Positions 23,152-35,700 of a stretch of 64,000 nucleotides of DNA are shown here, one piece after another (the stretch's first letter is position 1; each line of letters begins with the position of its first letter). A program made the position numbers and the translations under genes. Source of the DNA: Psammoneis japonica (taxonomy: Eukaryota); the NCBI GenBank assembly GCA_008632985.1, contig QPGO01000072.1, positions 62,001 through 126,000 of the forward strand. The letters are read 5' to 3'. The notes beneath the pieces are model-generated. The model worked only from the letters and a program-made list of their open reading frames with translations. It was not told the origin of the DNA and did no database searches.

Positions 23152-25959
23152 TCATATTGGCTTGTATTGGTATGCGTCCAACACATCTGGGTCAAGTCCA
23201 TCTTGTTCCATCGCACTTCTGACGTCCGCCATTATAACACCTCTTCCTAACATGTTGAAGTACTGCAAAAAAATTCATAGAAAACGATAAGAATATGCCC
23301 CTCATAAGTTTCATTTCATTGCCCCGCTTACGACTAAAACTCACCTTTGCATACTTTGTGTCTTCTTCACTTCGCAAACTCTCCACATTCGCTTGATGTC
23401 GTAACTTTTTCTTTGCTTTATGGTACAACTCAACGTCAAGACTATCCGGATCCCAGCCTTCAATACGCATTCGTTGTTGCACGCCTTCGATAGGTACGCC
23501 GGCAGATAACATTTTGTAGTACTGAAATGAGGCAGAAAATCCTGTTAGACGTGAACAGCGGAGAATGCGCACCAACACAAAAACATACCTTTGCAAAGTC
23601 TCCCTCCCAAATCCGATCGCATTCGTCGTCTTCGTCAACATCATCTTCAGTCACTTCCCAATCCAATCGTTCGTATTGATAATGGTGAAGGTCATCTGGG
23701 TCAAAGCCATCTTGATACGCGCTTTGCTTGACTGCCTGCATGGGAACTCCAATCGACAACATCATAAAGTACTGTAGCAACAAAAAGTAGTGGGTAAGAA
23801 CGGCACGGGAGAGACGACAAGTGCGATGCTCGGCGGGTACGTACCTTTCCCAGTCCCATTGTAGCTTCTTCTTCCTCTTCATCCCACTCCTCCTCATCGT
23901 CTTCTTGAATGGTTTCAATCATGGACTCTCGACCATTCTCATCTACCTTTTTGTACTGGTAGTTGTCGAGGATGTTTGGATCTAATCCATCCTTTGCCAT
24001 TTCCTCCCTGACATCCTTCATGACCATGTTTCTGGCGAGCATATTGAAGTACTACGGAACGGCATGGTGAAAGCCTTTGTTAGAACACGGGCTTCAACCT
24101 TAACCACGAAACAGTACTATGAACCTCTCGACAGACGCACGTACCTTTGCATACTGCTCGTCTTCATCACCCTCGTCGTATTGATCGCCCTCGGCAGCTC
24201 TCAGTTTGCTTTTCGTTTTCTGATACAATTCCATGTCAAGCGTGGACGGATCAAGGCCTTCAAATTCCATTCGCTGCTGCACCGCTTCGAGCGGAACACC
24301 CGCACTGAGCATTTTGTAGTAGGTTGCATGATCGGTCTGCAAAATATCACTGTACACCACACTCTTTTCACTGGACCGCTGCCACTTTAATCTGTGATAA
24401 CGATAATTGTCCAGAATGGATGGATCTAAATAGTCCAATGCCATATTGTTCTTTGCTGCTCGTAGGGGGATACCAACGGAAAGCATCTTGAAATACTTGG
24501 CATACAGAGCCCCGTCGTCTTCGTCCGCTCGTTTCCTTGGTCTTGTAGGATGCACAACACTCTCCCCAGAGCTTGGCAATCGAAACGACTGCAAGCCACC
24601 CACTTCCTTGAGTGTCTGCTTTCGCTGGGGTTGTCGCGGTCGCTCCACTTCCTCTCGAGCCGACGGATCCAAGGAGATGTCCGAGTGATGACGACGAAGT
24701 GGTGTGCCGGTTGGAGCGAGAAATGCGGGAGGAGCACTCTTTTGATTGTTCCTTGTGCTTTCATCCTCGTCGCTGTGTGCCTTTTCATCGTCAAACGAAA
24801 CAATCGATCTGCTGCTCTTTTCCTTTTTACTGCTCCTCCGTCTAGACAGGCCCTTGGCAGGAACCGGTCGATCACGCCTACTATTGCTCTCGGCAGATTC
24901 GATGCGAGACTTTCTCATGGAGCTGTACAATTTCTGTTCTGCTGCATTCGACGCCACCAGGAATCGAGCCGCGCACACTCGCTCGTCTCGGAGCGGTTCT
25001 GAAAAGTAAAATTGCGGTTGTGGAATAGGCTCGACAACAACATTGCTTCGACTGGATTCTTTCTTTTCCGTAGGAAGAGATCTGCTGCTTGAAATGGATG
25101 GTGCTGAACTCCGGCGCCGATCACTGCTTAAACGGCTAGGCCTTTTGCTTTCGGTGGCGTGTCGATCGGCCTGAAGAAAGAGAGATCCCGACTGTGTTTG
25201 TTGACTGGGTTTCCGTTCTTGTTGTCGCGGCGACCGTTGCAATACAAATTCCTGATGAGAAGACGATCGTCGAGATGTATCAACTGACGGACTCTTTCTT
25301 GCTACCTCAATATCAGCAGTGTCTCTGCTTTTCTTTTTTGATTCTTTCTTTCGTGGCTTGAACTCAATGTCTGCCTCTTGGGGCTGAAATCGAATATCCT
25401 CGTTTTTGTCGAATGAGTTTTTGTTTTCAAAGTATCTTTGCGCTGAAACACAAGATCATCCACTTGGATTCGGAGGATGGCACGCGTTGTGGCTTTTTCT
25501 TCTTTTTGGAAGAACCCTCCTTCTTTTTGCTTTCTTTGCCTTTTTCGGCGGCTCAAACACAATGTCGTTTTCCTGAACCGCAGAAACTTCTTTAGGGGTA
25601 CTGGTGGCTTGTATGTAATATCAGTTTTAGGCCGAGATGTCGGTATTTCATCATTGAAAGGAACGGTTGTTGGTGTTGTTTTCTTTTTTCCCGGTTGAAA
25701 CTCGATATCCGTCTGAGGACGCGCAGCACGTCTTGCAGGTTCATGCGGCTGCCGTATGACTCCCATGGTTTCTTTTCTGGTTGGTACGCTCTTTTGAAAT
25801 TCTTGTGGAATCGCAGGCCGCGCATGTCGTTTTGGAACTGTAGGCTTTATATCTCCCAAAGTTACTTTTCGATTCGGCCGTTGTGGTTGTCCGACTCCAT
25901 CGTCAGTTCAATTCCTCTGTCTGCTGGTTTCCTAGTCCGTCTCGCTCCTCCCGCGACAT
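23152..25959 (-). CDS. Protein with a low-complexity basic N-terminus and six KY(F/Y)xML..G(V/I)P...M..DG.DP..LD repeats (CCDC53/WASH-C-terminal-like motif)
   Basis: Repeats at about 24500, 24320, 24050, 23770, 23520 and 23260. GT-AG introns 24144-24052, 23844-23772, 23588-23522 and 23344-23263; stop at 23154-23152. The 5' part (25.4-25.96 kb) is frameshifted and the start is uncertain. Confidence 0.7.
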
Positions 25960-26554
25960 TGTGTTATTATAGCCCATGGAGGATGTTCCCGTTCTTCTGT
26001 ATGGCTGTTGGCTACTCATTGTTGTTGCCGCACATGTCGATCGTGCCGCTGTTGCTGTGAGAAAGCGGCAGAAAAAAAATCACAAAGCAGTCCACCAAGC
26101 TTCAGCGCACGTCGTATCTCCACGTACAGCCTGGTACAAAAATCTCGAGGGGTCGCTATGATGTTTCGATAAGCAGACAGACAGTGAAGAGATTGGCACA
26201 GACGGACGTGCAATCGTACACCAAAAACGGTATGTTCGGATAAGCTTACATTTTTGTATTGTATTAATCAAATTATTCATACTCTATAACGCATAAATTT
26301 TATTTAGAGAACGCGTTTTACTGAATTTCTCAATTTTAATTAAGGACGCGTCGGTAGTGATAGCATTTCGTTAATTAGCGAGTCGTGGAAAATCTTATTT
26401 ATGAATCGCAGATAATTTTTTTAGGGACGTTTTCCGTTGCGACATGTCTTGGTCATTGCGGAGAAAAACTAGAATTGGCAGTCCTCACAAAAAAAAAGTG
26501 GGCATGTTGGCAACGGCGACAACAACTCGAGACAACCGTCGGCTCGGATTCTTC

Positions 26555-27230
26555 ATGCAACGTTTCATCAATCGTGAGAGCCGCACCAATGATATAACCG
26601 AGTCGCAAGAAGCTCGCGCTCATGCTAGCCGTCCTCCTCCTAGTATTCCGATTCAACTGCAAATCAACGACGTGCTCCTCGGTCGAGGTAGTATCATTGA
26701 CTCTTTCCCAGGCAACGAACGTTTTCGTCGCATAGTACAAAGCCGCAAAGACCTATACATAGCGCACCCAAGGCAGAAAAGGAGAAAATTGCTCTGGATA
26801 TCATTGAGGACCTGTCCAAGTTGAATCCACCAGGTCGATTTTTGGAACGACGCAACGCCATGTACATGATCGTGTCGCACAACGAGCCATTCACAAAACA
26901 ATGCAAGCTTGCGAGAACGATGGGGAAGGTCTCCCGTGTCGTACTCCAAGTCTTGTGATGAAACTCACAATGCACTTTGTAATGCAGAGCGTGTCTTGTC
27001 CTCGCAAAGCAAAGCGTCGTCGTCGTCATCTGGCAACACGACGACAAGGCCAGCAAACAGCAGCCACCGCCGCCACCACCACCACCGCCGCCACATCACG
27101 AAGATTTCTTGGGGAGAAATGCTCTCGTCAACAATCACATTACCAACGACCATAGGCTCCTTCCACTTTATACCGAGACTGCGGGCTTTGGGACACTCTA
27201 TCAATATGGTTTGGCAGCTAGCGGCATGAG
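26555..27230 (+). CDS. DUF6824-type diatom protein, frameshifted (pseudogene or consensus errors)
   Basis: NDVLLGRGSIIDSFPGNERFRRIV...Y, then in another frame EKEKIALDIIEDLSKLNPPGRFLE, then remnants of KTMQA.LRE. The 3' end is uncertain. Confidence 0.65.
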
Positions 27231-27718
27231 GAATCATCCGTCACTTGCTGCCCCCTCGTCCTCGTTTTTGTCACCAGTAGCAATTTTCAATCCAAGGACG
27301 CTGAACCGCCACTATCCTGCTGGTTATCACTTTGATATCGCTTTTACCTTTGCTCCAATCTATCAAGATGAACAATTCTGCGATGCTTACGAGCCATACA
27401 TTTCTACCTCATTTGAAATCTTTTACTACTACATGATTGCCGAGTATCGTCAGAAGCAACCACAAAGAAAGACATTCCGACTTGATCCTTGGAATCCCAG
27501 GGCCCGATACAACTAACAGCACAAACAAGTTGCAACAATAGCTCCAACAGCTGGTCGTGAAGCAAAAGGTAAACAACAGCGCGACTCGTAATTTCGAAAC
27601 ATGTTTTAAATCTCAAGCTTTACCAAATACTGTGGAGTATGTATGAGACGTGAACACATAGAAATATATACTCGCAAAAGAAACCTTCTGAAATCATCAC
27701 GATGCCCTGCAGTGTCTA

Positions 27719-29465
27719 CTACTCGTCGACGGGATCCAACTCTTCACTACTATTCTGATGCTGCTGCTGCTGACTCATTTCCCATGCACGGGTTAGCTCC
27801 GCATTTCCAAAGTATTGCTCAACCGCTTGGATCATCACCGCCAGTTCAAAGTCAAGCTTGATAGTGTCCAATCCGGGCATTAGGTTATTGTAGTCTGCCA
27901 AGAATGGGTCTTCCAATCCTTGCTGCGCTGTCAATCTGACATGATAAATGGCAAAAGTAACACACAATAAAAGAGGCCGTGAGAGTGATGACATGGTTAT
28001 CCATACAAGTGACAGAAACAAGCAAGAGACGAACGAGTTCATAAGCAATGCGTGCCGAACAACTTGACCCGCACAAGAGATGTAAGCACCCATTAGATTC
28101 TGTTGACTCACAATCCAAACAGCACAACCGAAGTAAAGACTGAGCTAAGAATCGCAAAAACCTCGGTTGTTCCGGCTGCCATCCATGCCCAGTACGGACC
28201 CGTCATCCATGGAAGCAGCAAAATGTAGACACGTCCGTAGGAACGTGTCGCCTGTGGTGTTCGATAATATTTGAACCGACGAAGATGCTCCCAGCGTTGC
28301 TGCATATATTGGTGGTATTGATGGAGACGCGAGGCTTCGCCGGCGGGAAAGCCGTGTTTCTTCATTTCTTCAGTGTGCATGCCAAAGTCGAACATGTAAT
28401 CGTTAATGTCTTGCACAATGCCATTCTGGAGTGCGTGGACCCGCTTTGTGTTTTGTTGCTTGTGCCAAAAGACGTGATTGCGAGCATGAGCCACTTGAGG
28501 CATGCTAAGATACTCATAAATGAGTTTGAGAAACTCACGAAAGTCCTTGGTGACTCGAGAATTAAAGGTCGCTGCAAGCTGCAGACGGCCTCCGGAGGTT
28601 TCTCCTTTATCATTGGGCCAGTCAATCGATAGCGTCATCAGCGCTGCAGTCAAGACACTGGACTTAAAGTCGGCAAGAAACGAAAGAGCTTGTTCTCGAC
28701 GAGTAAAGGTAGACTGGATCAAAAATGTTAAAGGAAAGACGACGGCAAAAGCCAAGAATGCAAAGTCCAGCTTCAATGCCCTGGTGATACGAAAACGTGA
28801 TTGCAAGAAGTGTGTGAGAAAATGTGTCTTGCAGTGTAGGAAGCAAAAGGAAACAAATGAGATTTTGTTCTTTCTTTGAAGCGAATCTTACCAGTCTTCT
28901 TTACGTTCTGCAAAGAAAGAAGCCGCTCCGGCGGCATTTAAAACGACAAAGATGGTTTCCAGGTTAATCATGTTGATGAACCAAATGAAGAATGCGGCCA
29001 CGATATTCAGAACAAGTTCCGCAACCATGTGACAAGGATTAAAAGCTCGTTTCTTGTATCGTTCTGCTTCCTCATTGCGTAGATAGCTCTGACATTCCAA
29101 AAGAGATGGTATGCGCACTTTTTTGACACCTTCAGCTTCAAGAACCAACACATTGTGGTCCTCACGTAAATCATAAAAGGGATCATCATGTCTTCCGCTG
29201 CGTTTTCTTGCCTGCGCCTTGGCCTTCTCTAGCAACGTCTTGTGCCTTCCGGTTTGAGTGACTGACGACGACGAATAATGTGAGGACCACCATAATCTTC
29301 ATCGGCAAAGCTCTCTTCGGTGGCCAAGACGCTGAATTCAAACCGTTCCGCTCGCTGCCGGAGAAAATCCTGGGGTCTTTGAGTAGGCATAGGAGAGAAA
29401 CCTCCCGTCTCCAACGCATCATCATCTGGGGGGGACTGTTGCTCTTCTTTCGACACCTGACTCAT
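27719..29465 (-). CDS. Multi-exon membrane protein, bestrophin-like family (tentative)
   Basis: FAVVFPLTFLIQSTFTRREQAL, KYYRTPQATRSYGRVYILLLPW and QQGLEDPF. Introns at about 28890-28781 and 28110-27936; one apparent frameshift near 29240. Confidence 0.6.
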
Positions 29466-29763
29466 TGTATGGAAAATTATCAAGAGAAGTATCAAATAAC
29501 ACGGCCGTTGAGATGATTCGGTAGGTGTCAAGTGTCAACTTTTTACTTTTTGTGATGGGGTTCGGGTCGTGCGTTCCTTCCACGCACGGCGCGCAACCTC
29601 AGCATATAAAATTTCACGGATTTTGATGATTCAACTGCCAAAACTACTCTACTAGGCTACTAGAGAGTAGACCTACTACCGGTAACGCTTAGCTAGGTAG
29701 GAGAAGCACGAGTGCACATCATTGAATTCTTCACTAAGTATTATTGCTCTATTCAGAGCGAGG

Positions 29764-32700
29764 TCAAATGGAGCTGGCTGCGGTTTCAATGGCCAAACTC
29801 ACATATTCGTCCACCAAACTAAAATCACTCTGAAGTAGCTTTCCGAGTATTTCGGCACTTTCTTTGTCGTTCGTTGCACGTAGCCTTGCCTTCAACTCGT
29901 TCAAAACAAGCTGCGCGCCAGTCTTGGAATTTACTGCCAAAGTATTAATGGCGAGCCGTTTCACATCAAGAAGGTCCTTGCTGACTTTAGACGGATCTAC
30001 AAACAGGGCTCTCACAAACTCTTTCGTGATGCTACCTTCCATGTCTGCCATGTCAACTCGCATCATCTCGATGATCAGAACTAACAAATGAAACGTCACG
30101 GGTTCTGCACAAGTCCCACAACGTGTTGGCGTGAACGGAACTTCGGATTTGACGGATCCCAAGTCCAACAACGCATCATGTTGTAGCCTTACCCACGCGT
30201 CAATTCTTCGTCGAATTTCGTAGCATTCCCGCTCCGCCTCGCGCATTAGCCGGTACAGACGAGCGCACTCTTCCGACAGTTTCTTAGGCGATTGTTCTTC
30301 ATCCTTTTCCTTACCACCACCGCTATTGCCGCTCCCCCCACCACCTCCTCCTTCCCCGGCACCACCATCTTCGGCATCACCAACTCTTCCACTTTGTCCT
30401 CGAGACCGGGATTGAATACTAGCTACCAAACGACTGAGAGAATCCGAAGAGTCGAGTGGTAGGACGTCCACTCCATCAGCGCCGCTGAAGAAACCAAGCA
30501 CGTCCCCGTCCTCTTCCATATCTTCCACAAGCAGACCTGTGCTGCTAGAATTCAATAGCGTTTGGCGAAGCAACAAGTCACCACTTCTTCGATCAGAATC
30601 GCTCCCACGTAGTTGACGGGCCAAGCGAATCAAAGATCGTGCTCTGTTTGCAGACGAACCGCGACTGCCAGACGACGGACGTCGCGATGCGATTGACGCA
30701 ACGGCCGATTCTCGTACACCACTGCCGCTCCGCCCGCTTCTTCCTTCACCCCCCTTTCCGCCGGTAGAAGGTGGAGGCTTCCCAAGAAAGGCACGTTTTA
30801 GCGATGGCCCGTGCGAAGAGAGAGCCTCAAACTCTTCGAAATCTCCCCAACGAGGGCGTTTCTTCGTTCCACAAGACAAAACCTTTTCCTTCAGCTTTGA
30901 CCGGAGATCACCATGCAGTTTTGTCGCAACGCGCAAGATTTTTGTCGCTCTCGCATATGAATCCTCATCAACAACAGCCACGGCATTCGAAGCAATGCCC
31001 GCGGTAAGTTCATAGTCAAAGCCTCCGCAGGAGCAATAGCCGCATTCAACACACAAGAAGGCATCCAAACGGTCGTAATTGATATGTCGACATTTCCTGC
31101 ATTGAAAAGCAACTTCTCCACAGTTTCCGCACACTCCGTGAGCATTCGTGACAAGCCTCGTACACCTCGGACAATGGAGTACAAGCGAGCCGTCTGAGGA
31201 CCTACTCGTGCTCCCCGGCCTGTCGTGGAACTCCAAATATTCAAATTTCAAGTTTGCAGCTACAACGGGCTCAGGCAGAGTACAGGAAAAACGAGAAGCA
31301 CCGCGTGATAGAGTAAGCGTAGCGCATCGCTGCCACATGGAAGAATACTCCTCACTCTTGAGAGTGTTGACGTCGACAACTTGCCGCGGCGTGAAGTAAA
31401 CAGCAATGGTTTTGACGTATCGAGCACGTGGATCGGTTACCGTCAGGTGAATATTTGACACCGCAAGTCGGTACTTTAGCTGGACAAAGTTCGAAAAATC
31501 CGTGCTCACTGTCGCATCGGTCGATGACTCCAGGCTGCCTCGAACGAAGGGTTTGACCTGGTCGGGAAGCCACGGTGTTTCAATCGGTTGGTCGCGCGAG
31601 GTGCCGTGTTCGCAATGATCGGCGTCTTGAGACTCTTTCGGCAAAGAGTCTGACAGTGATTGTCTATGGCAATAGCTACAACATGCCAGATTGAATCGAG
31701 TCTCTGACGATTCGCCATCCGCAGTTTTCGTTTCTAGAACGACGAAGTCCTCTCCCACACCACCGCTCGAATCTTGGTATAATGTTTGCATCTGCAGAGT
31801 GAAACTTCGGATGATTTTGTTGGCAGCGCGTTGTAGCGCCTGGGATCCTTTACAGCGACGAACGAGGGTTTGGACAAAATCCAGAAATTCAACAGAACTC
31901 TCTCCTATTGCGCTGATTTCACCGAGAGGCGTATCGACCATTTTGTCCAGCAGCGAAGTCGAATCTTCCGGCGACAAATTTTCACACAGCCTCTCTGCCA
32001 CTTGACTGACCACTTTGCGAAGCTCGTGCGTTCTGCCTTTGAGGACAAACTGGACGACGAGGGCGTGAATTTCTTCAACATTTAGACCTCTTTGGCCACC
32101 AAGTATAGCGTCTTCTGGCTTAGCGTTGGTGTCGCCGTTGTAGAAAGGGTTTGTCTGTGCAATCCCAACAGTGGCAACCTCGCTTTCGAGTCCACCATCG
32201 GAACTCAACCCTTCCCCGCCGTCCTGAAAAGCATCGTCGATCCAATCGTCCGGAGGATTCAAAGCATTTTCAAGAAGCGTAAACGCTTTTATCTGATTTG
32301 AGCCCGTCAGCGAGCATGCCACCCAGAGAAGGGATACCATGGGAGGGCAAGAAGCAGTTACATTGACCTCCTGAGACGTCTCGTCCTCTGTCGATTTTAC
32401 CGAACTTTTTTGTCCTCCGGCAGAAACCACTGAGAGAAACTGTCGCCAATTTTTACATCGGCTGCGGGCTACTTCAAGTAACTCATCTAGCACCGCTGAT
32501 ATCTTCTTACTTGATTCAACAGCGACACAACCTTCGGAAAGCAAGTCTTGAGTCCCAATCAAGCCGCCAGCTCGCAGGTTCGTCCAAGCAACCCGCTCAG
32601 CTTTTTTCCAGCTAGTACCGCAGCGTCTGGCTTGCTCTTTCCTGACGATAGCTTCCTCTAAACAGCCAAGGGAGCACTTGATGAGGTTGTCATACTCAAA

Positions 32701-35700
32701 CCCAAATACGTAGTGATCCCGTACATTTTGATAAACCGCCCGTCGCATACCACAAAACCGTTTCAATGCGTTTTTGGCTAGCAAGCGAAAAGGACTCGAT
32801 GAACCAGGGCTGATGATCTGACATAACAGGGAAAACCAATTTAGAATAGATTCGTCGTTCGGGACCACTTGGGTAGAGTCCTCCGCAACGAGAGAGAACA
32901 ATTCAAGCACAGCGTCAATTGATGACCCTTCGCCTTTCGGCAACTCCACTGGTTCGCTCGAGTGTGTGTGGTCATGCGGTCCTTGTCCAGGCTTACGTCT
33001 CCGGGAAAAGGCAGGGCTATTGGAATATGACAGTTTCTCCTTGCTGCAGAAAACGCCATCTTTCAGGTCATTGTAGGCAGCCTCGCTGTCATACTCACTG
33101 TCTAATCGAGCAATTCCACCAACTTTGGCGTCGCCTGTAGATTTCACCTCCGAAGGGCGACACACTTGTGGCTCGCGCGAAACCTCGAAGCTGGAGAACT
33201 CTCTTGCTAGAAAGTCGCATAGTTGAGCGTGGAGGGGCACGGAGCCAGGCAGAAGAGGGGCGGTGAGTAACTTCCAAATGAATTGGGGCATCTCGGCCAC
33301 ATACAACATGTTTGGATCCGAAGCGTCGTCTAAGCCAGCATCATCAAGGTCTGCCCACTTGAAGTAGTTGCATCGCGACTTTCTCTCCAAACCGCAGACA
33401 TAAAACCTTCGATTTTTGTTGACACCACTGGAGCATCTACGTCTCACTGCCGGAACACCATGAGCTTCACAAACAAACCTTGGATCTGTCTTTTCTTTTG
33501 ATCTCTCTGGTACACCGACATGGCTTTCACATGGCGCGAGATTGTCAGGAAATGCGATTTTGTCAGAGATTGATGATAGATCGTTTTTCTGGCGGACAAG
33601 GCAAATAAGGCACCGCAGGCACACCACAAGATCCATTATCGTCTGCCCCGAAGCCTTGCCATGGGTCTCGCCACCGCCGCATGATCGCAACAGTTCTGAT
33701 ACTTTGGCTGCCAGTTTCTTTGCAAATCGCTTTCCTCTCTCAAGTTTTATCTCATCCAGATCAGAACTAACTATCACACCAAGGACCATCTGAAAGATGG
33801 GCACGGATTTTGTCACAGCTTCTTTACTGTTCGAGGGAAACACGACATTAAGGATTTTCGTGAAGATCATGTCGTTGAAAGTACCTCGTCGTGACAATTG
33901 AGCGTCGACCTCAACTTGTTCGTCCATTGGTAGCAGGCCTGTCTGACTATTAGAGATCCCCCCAATTGCTTGCCGAGCCTGTTCCACCTGCTCTTGGATG
34001 TTCCCCGCGATAGAAACTGGCTGCATTTGCTTTATTTGTGCGCAGGTTAGGCTCGACCCTGTCCCTAGTCTCAAGGTCCTTCCACGTATCAAAACTTCAG
34101 TTCCCGAATCATAGCCATGTAGAGACGAGATTTGATCCCCAATCTGAAAGCATTGCGCACAAAGGTCGATGTCATGACCACCTTCAAGAAGCGTGAAGCG
34201 CTTATCCGTGATAGGAAACAACGAGCAACTGTCGCATTTATATGCAATGGGGGCAGAAGATTCGTCTCTATCCACCGGGGTTGGCGAGTTACGGCGGTGC
34301 AACGCTTCGTCGTCAGTACGTGCTTCCCGCAAGAAAGACAACATCGACGTGCAGGCGCTTTCCACTACTGTCAAATCGTCATCTTGCAGTAGCCTCGATA
34401 GGATCTCAAAATCAGCGAATCCCTCGGTGCTATCACCTCCCGACTTCCACGGCACTGACATTTCGGCAAGTATCAGTTTGACCAGGCATGGAACAACAAC
34501 CCTGCAATCCACGAAAGAATTTCTTCCGCTTTCCACCAGCTTCCACGCATTTATCGCCAGAGATAAGGAGGACGGGTCATCGGTAAATATCTTTAGGATT
34601 GACCGCAAATATATTTGAGGATGCTGCGTCGCAATTCTGGTGCCAATAGTACAGCAGTCAGTCAGCACAGTTTCTACTTGCGACCATGCATCAGCGAGGG
34701 GCGAACGAGCTTCCGAATCGCTTGAACCGACGTGTTCATCGGTAGATAATTTGGATTCGAAAGCTACTTGAGCACGATTCAAAGCCCGCGACAAGCCGAA
34801 AATTATGTTCTCGTCCAAAAAAACTTGGCGCCTGCCTGGGTCGTCTTCAACAGCTTCAAACAGACCCACCACGCCATCCCAGACATCTCGGTTCTCCTTG
34901 GAAGTCGTTGCCGTAGCGTGAATTATTCGACTCAATGTCTTTTTGCATGCCACAATGTCGGAATCATCTTTTTCAAGGAAGTTGCATGCATTTGTTGCAG
35001 CGGCGATACTCAGAACTAGAGCTCGCTGAGCATCTGGCTGTTTCATCTCGATTCCTAAGTTCTCCTTTGTCTGCTGAACCACTTTTTCGTTTTCAGATTC
35101 CAGTCCTTTCGGGAGCCATGAATCAATATACTTCCTCTCCGTCACGTACACTTCTACAGCATCAACTATCGGACTATTCCCGCTCTCGGACGAGCGGCCA
35201 ATACCAAGCGACACAAATCCGTTCCGAATCGACAGCGCCACCTCCTCGTGCGATAGAGGTAGGTCGTACCAACGCTTGGACTCGGCCTTCAGCTCAACTA
35301 TTCGACCCTCGACCATCAATTTTCTGGGAATAAAATCAGATCTCTTCGACCCAACCAGCACCCTGAGCGCAACAATTGCGTAGCGTTCTTGGTCCACGAC
35401 TTCCGATTCATGCGTTTCCCGGGGAATATGCTGTCCGAAACTGCACTCGGCTTCGTGATTTCGCAGGCGGCGGGGGAGTGAGATTGTGATTGTGCATCCC
35501 TCCTGTGAAGGCGCCATAAAAAATGCGCTGCTCTTAGTGGATAGCTTAGATTTTACCCCTCGAGAGTCAGAACCAACCCCGTCCGTACTGAAAGACAGTT
35601 CGTCCCAGTCGCTTGCATTGATCAATTTTTCGAAGACGGTCAAAGGAAAGCACGGCTTTGCATCCTGAGAAAGCGGGGCGCTGCTCGGTTGGTTAGAATC

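Noticed and set aside
29641..29700. CTACT/TAGAG-rich patch (similar at about 1680-1730)
   Set aside because: Short low-complexity sequence downstream of genes; no defined unit or function can be supported.
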